A stretch of 31,546 nucleotides of DNA from Bdellovibrionota bacterium. Its GTDB lineage: Bacteria > Bdellovibrionota_C > UBA2361 > OMII01. The notes below the pieces were generated by a model. That model saw nothing but the letters and a program-made list of their open reading frames with translations, made no database searches and had not been told where the DNA came from. Numbering within the stretch: position 1 is the first letter of the stretch; the number at the start of each line of letters is the position of its first letter. This document shows, in pieces, positions 28,003-31,546 of the stretch. A program made the position numbers and the translations under genes. The DNA lies in the NCBI GenBank assembly GCA_044345405.1, contig JBIJBE010000040.1:1-31546 (forward strand), written 5' to 3'.

Positions 28003-29886
28003 ATGAGTGGCGGGATGCAAGTAGTAAGTCGTCAGCAAATCGACGGTGGTAATCAAGGATCCACGATGGTACCTGAATCGCCTCTCGTTGCGGATTCGAC
28101 GCCGCAGCTCACCCCGCCAGCGCGGGTAAGCCCTGAAGTGGCGTTGATGGGTATGGCGCGAGAGGGTTTGCAAGTCCTCAATCAGCTTGTTCAAGCATTA
28201 ATCAAAGGTGACCCCGAGGGTGCTGGTGCGGATGAGCAACTGCAGACGTTCAGTGCGCTGATTGACAGAGCTCGGACCGAATTCAGACTTTGTGGAGACG
28301 CGGTCGACCCAGAACTATTGGCGGGGGCCTTGTTGGAACTCCATCGGGTTCTCAACCAATTCGAGGTGATTGACGAATCGGAAAACGTGGTTCTTACAAA
28401 GATGCGGATGTTTCTCGATGAGATAGCCGCTGGCCTGGAACAACCCGCGTCGGCGAACCTAGAAAAAGTGTGCAGCACCCAAGCGCAAGCGAGGGAGGCT
28501 TTCGAGGAGGAACTGAAGCACATTCAAGAGCGGGTGGATCTTGTTTCTAGTCATTCGGAACTAACGGCTCTCTATCGTAAACGCTTCGATTCTCAAGAGC
28601 AGCGCAAGGAGAAGGCCGCCGAATTTCAAGCGCTCGGGGCCCGTCTTATGAAGGTAGCTGCGGGCGGTGATCTTACCACTGCCTTGGAGCAGCTCATCGA
28701 ACGCACGTATGCGTCTGTGAGAGCGCTTAACACCTCCGCGGCAGAGAGCGCCGACTTCGAGGATGCGCTAAAGAATGTTCTTATCACCGCGGGCAAGCTA
28801 CGGAATGCTGGCTTTAAGGATGCCTCACTTGACGAGCTCATCGCAGGGAGCGTTGTTGCGCTTGTTGCCGCTCAGACGGGGCAGATAGCGCTCGTAGAAA
28901 AGGCTGAGCGAGGTCTCGTCGATCGGCTCATGGGAACCTCTCGGCGTCGTTCAGAGAAGGCGCTTGTAGCAGCGTTCGAAGAGGATTACGTCTTGGGGCA
29001 GGCAGCGCAGCTTGTGAGTAAGTATTTTGATGTCAACGTCTTGAGTAGAGAGGAGACGTGTAAAATAAGGCTGGCGGAGCTATCAGAAGAGATGGCGAAG
29101 ATCTACCTCTCAGAGGGGATGGAAGGTGCGAAGCGGTTCGAGGCTTCCATCCAGGGTTGGGTACGGGAGGGAATGCGGTACGGCCTCAAGGAGGAGCTTC
29201 CCCGCGTTGCCGACATAGTTGTGCCAGCGTTGCTTGGAAAAAACTTTCTTGGTCCCAAAGAGTGGAATGCGCAGGGGATATATGTGGGCACTCCACCACC
29301 GCTCCCCTCGTCGATAACGGAGGCGCTCTTAAACTCGTATTGTCCGCTTCATCATGGAGAGAAGATTAAGGACACGCATGTCTTAGTGCTTGTTCCTAAG
29401 ACGGTGAATGGGAGGCCGTATACGGCATTAGAGCTTGATAAGCTGTGCGCTGAGAGGAAGGGGTCGGGGGATAAGTTGATCTACCGTGGAGCAGATTTTG
29501 CGAACACCTGGAAGAAGTGCGGTTGGGCGAAAGCTGCGCAAGTTAAAAGTGAATGGGTGTTAATGCCGAAGAGCGATCCTGACCCGTTTGTGTCTCCAGT
29601 CAAGCATTTTAGGAGGAAGAACATAGCGGAGCAGCAGAAGGTGCACGATGATCACTACCGAGAGTATCGGCAGGTGAAAGCGCGTGAGGTTATGACGCTA
29701 GCGTTACTGTATGACCTTGTGAACAAGGAGCGACTGCTTCCTGACCAACTTCGTTGCGAAGAACCAAATGCTTCTGGCGGGGAGGTCTGCGTTGGCGACT
29801 TTGATGCGCATGGGTTGTTGGTCCGCGTTTGCTGGGACGGCAACGTCAATGCCTACATTGGTCGTGCCCTTGCCCGGAAGTTGTAG
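28003..29886 (+). CDS. Large helical protein with C-terminal CLec-like domain; candidate DGR target (paralog 1)
   Basis: ATG 28003 is chosen because it is conserved in paralog 2 (GAGACCTATGAGTGGC). About 400 aa of helical N-terminus precede a domain FLGPKEW...PPPLP...CPLH..EKIKDTHVLVLVPKTVNG...WVLM...RC...VCVGDFDAHGL...IGRALARKL. The ORF is secure; the functional call is inference. Confidence 0.8.
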   Translation: MSGGMQVVSRQQIDGGNQGSTMVPESPLVADSTPQLTPPARVSPEVALMGMAREGLQVLNQLVQALIKGDPEGAGADEQLQTFSALIDRARTEFRLCGDAVDPELLAGALLELHRVLNQFEVIDESENVVLTKMRMFLDEIAAGLEQPASANLEKVCSTQAQAREAFEEELKHIQERVDLVSSHSELTALYRKRFDSQEQRKEKAAEFQALGARLMKVAAGGDLTTALEQLIERTYASVRALNTSAAESADFEDALKNVLITAGKLRNAGFKDASLDELIAGSVVALVAAQTGQIALVEKAERGLVDRLMGTSRRRSEKALVAAFEEDYVLGQAAQLVSKYFDVNVLSREETCKIRLAELSEEMAKIYLSEGMEGAKRFEASIQGWVREGMRYGLKEELPRVADIVVPALLGKNFLGPKEWNAQGIYVGTPPPLPSSITEALLNSYCPLHHGEKIKDTHVLVLVPKTVNGRPYTALELDKLCAERKGSGDKLIYRGADFANTWKKCGWAKAAQVKSEWVLMPKSDPDPFVSPVKHFRRKNIAEQQKVHDDHYREYRQVKAREVMTLALLYDLVNKERLLPDQLRCEEPNASGGEVCVGDFDAHGLLVRVCWDGNVNAYIGRALARKL

Positions 29887-29997
29887 CAATCGAGCTACCG
29901 CCGTCGCACGTTGAGGCTCTATCGCGAGACAGACTATGATCAACCGGCGAAGTACGAGGTTCAATTGCCACCCTCTCGTTCACCCCACCCTCGCTAC

Positions 29998-30178
29998 GCT
30001 CGGGAGCCCCTTCAAGGGGCTGCCTTGATCGTTGGGACTTGGATCATTGGGAATGGCACATTCCCCTTCGTTAAACCTTCCACCTTCGCTCCTATCGGGG
30101 GCTTCGGTGGATAAGACGGGGGACAAGTTAGAAGCCGTAGCGCAGCGGAGGCGTGGCCGTTTGGTTCTTGGGCGGCCA
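29998..30178. repeat. Cluster of short REP-like hairpins
   Basis: AGCCCCT-tca-AGGGGCT (30005-30021), GGGAATG-gca-CATTCCC (30049-30065), TCCACC...GGTGGA and TGGCCGT...GCGGCCA. Confidence 0.55.
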
Positions 30179-30186
30179 TCGCAACG

Positions 30187-30587
30187 GTTGAGGCTTGTTG
30201 ATGTGTAGGGCCCGATTCCTAGTGAGAACGATCAATAGACTGCCCTCAGCACTCACGGGATCGCCTCTGTCGTCGGAGGCCGCTTAAGCAATGACATAAC
30301 GAATTTGATCGCGAGGATCGGCGCGTTATGCAATCTCGGTCGCCGCGCCGGCTCGTGGGGAGAGGAGCCCTCCGGGGGAGGATAATCTGCATAGTGTTGT
30401 GGGACCAACCTCAAGCTCCTGGACGCCAACCGCACATAAACATCTTACGCCCAGTAAGGCGTAACTAGACGCAACGTGTATGTATCGGAAAAATGCCGCT
30501 TGGCGGACGTAGCTTAACGCCTGGCTATCGTTACACTACTACTGTGGCTGTTAGCCGCGTGAAGAAACGGAGCCGGTGGCGAGACCT
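30187..30587 (+). repeat. Structured non-coding repeat, copy C (longest), plus conserved leader of paralog 2
   Basis: Contains both the 5' part shared only with copy A and the 3' leader shared only with copy B. Confidence 0.9.
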
Positions 30588-31546
30588 ATGAGTGGCATGA
30601 TGCGAGAAGTATTTCCTCAGCAAAGCAACGGTGGCAACCAAGAGGCTGTGATGGCGGCTCAATCATCTATCGTCGCAGAGCCCAACCAGGAGCTCATCCC
30701 GCCAGCGCGGGTAGGTCCTGAAGTCGCGTTGATGGGTATGGCGCGAGAGGGTTTGCAAGATCTCAATGAGGTTGTGAAAGCATTAGCCCAAGGGGAGCTC
30801 CAGGCCACCGGAACGGATACGCACTTACACAATCTCAGTGGCCAGATTATCAATGCCGCGGCCCATTGCAAAGTCGGGGCTGATGGTGTCGACGGACTCG
30901 TGTTGGCAGGGGCTTTATTTGAACTTGAACGGGTTATTCGTAAATCCGGGCGGATTGATGAAACCGGAAACATAGCTTTTACAACGATGAGGGAGTTTCT
31001 TGAGCAGATAGCATCGGGTCTTAAAAATGTAGAGACGGCGAACCTAGAGACCTTGTACGCCTCACAACGGGAGGCTAAGCACGCTGTCGAGGAGTATCTG
31101 AACCAGTTAAAAGAGCAGGGGCTTCCTGTTCGTTGTGATGAGCCAAAAACGGTTCTGTATCGGGAACTTTACGGTACGGAGGAACGGCGCAGAGAGAACG
31201 CCGCCCCATTTGAAGAGCTCGCGTCCCGTCTTTTGAAAGTAGCTGTGGACGCGGATGCTACAGAGACCTTGGCGCACCTCTGCAGGGACGCATATGCTGC
31301 TCTCTGTGCGGTTCGCTCCTCTGTGAAAACGGGCTCTCAATTAAAGGATGCACTGAAGAGTGTGCTCTCTACCTCCGTGAAGCTGCGAAAAGCTGGCTTT
31401 GACGCGGCTCTCCTCGACGAGGCCATACAAGAGAGCGTCGCCGGGCTTTTCGCTGCGCATGTGGGAGTTGAGGGACGACTCGTCAAACCTGAGCGAAGTC
31501 TTGTCGATCGCCTCTTTGGAGTCTCACGGCGTCGGTCAGAGAAAGC
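30588..31546 (+). CDS. Paralog 2 of the 28003-29886 gene; runs off the window
   Basis: Not in the ORF track. Manual translation is open to the edge: MSGMMREV...PPARVGPEVALMGMAREGLQDLN...LAGALFELERV...KLRKAGF...ERSLVDRLFGVSRRRSEK, collinear with paralog 1. Confidence 0.92.
   Translation, partial: MSGMMREVFPQQSNGGNQEAVMAAQSSIVAEPNQELIPPARVGPEVALMGMAREGLQDLNEVVKALAQGELQATGTDTHLHNLSGQIINAAAHCKVGADGVDGLVLAGALFELERVIRKSGRIDETGNIAFTTMREFLEQIASGLKNVETANLETLYASQREAKHAVEEYLNQLKEQGLPVRCDEPKTVLYRELYGTEERRRENAAPFEELASRLLKVAVDADATETLAHLCRDAYAALCAVRSSVKTGSQLKDALKSVLSTSVKLRKAGFDAALLDEAIQESVAGLFAAHVGVEGRLVKPERSLVDRLFGVSRRRSEK

Noticed and set aside
26162-30435. Small minus-strand ORFs 26162-26452, 27577-27807 and 30253-30435 sharing PEGSSP.EPAR.PRLHNAPI
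   Set aside because: They are translations of the non-coding repeat. Starts, stops and lengths differ between copies, and the substitutions fit + strand RNA pairing better than protein conservation.
26057-30587. CRISPR array or IS element as the explanation of the repeats
   Set aside because: The repeats are hundreds of nt long and separated by genes. There is no short repeat-spacer periodicity, no cas or transposase gene, and no convincing terminal inverted repeats.

Overview
A 31.5 kb bacterial window from a Gram-negative, LPS-producing organism (kdsD, hldD). I cannot place the lineage confidently. Positions 1-25.9 kb hold mostly unlinked housekeeping and envelope genes: an FtsX/DevC-type ABC permease (partial), kdsD, a CopA-type P1B ATPase, a thermonuclease, an EamA transporter, a very long glycogen synthase, a TrpF-like protein, hldD, a nitroreductase, a SAM methyltransferase, a GT2, a Nudix hydrolase, a TMEM43-like protein, a rhomboid-like protein, an Flp pilin, an SF2 helicase, DUF5666- and DUF2490-like proteins and ABC transporters. 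Several intergenic gaps contain hexamer- or nonamer-based palindromes. The last 5.6 kb is the most interesting part. It is a tandem array of paralogous large genes (28003-29886 and 30588->end, plus a probable decayed 3' remnant at about 25941-26061). The complete copy ends in a CLec-like tail with the codon signature of a diversity-generating retroelement (DGR) variable region. No template repeat or reverse transcriptase is visible in the window, so any DGR link would be in trans and is unproven. Between the genes lies a 250-400 nt non-coding element present in three copies, whose stems show compensatory and G-U-preserving substitutions, which makes it a candidate structured RNA. An AAA_14/DUF4143 ATPase-nuclease gene with a perfect 14-bp palindrome over its start codon sits between two copies of the element.
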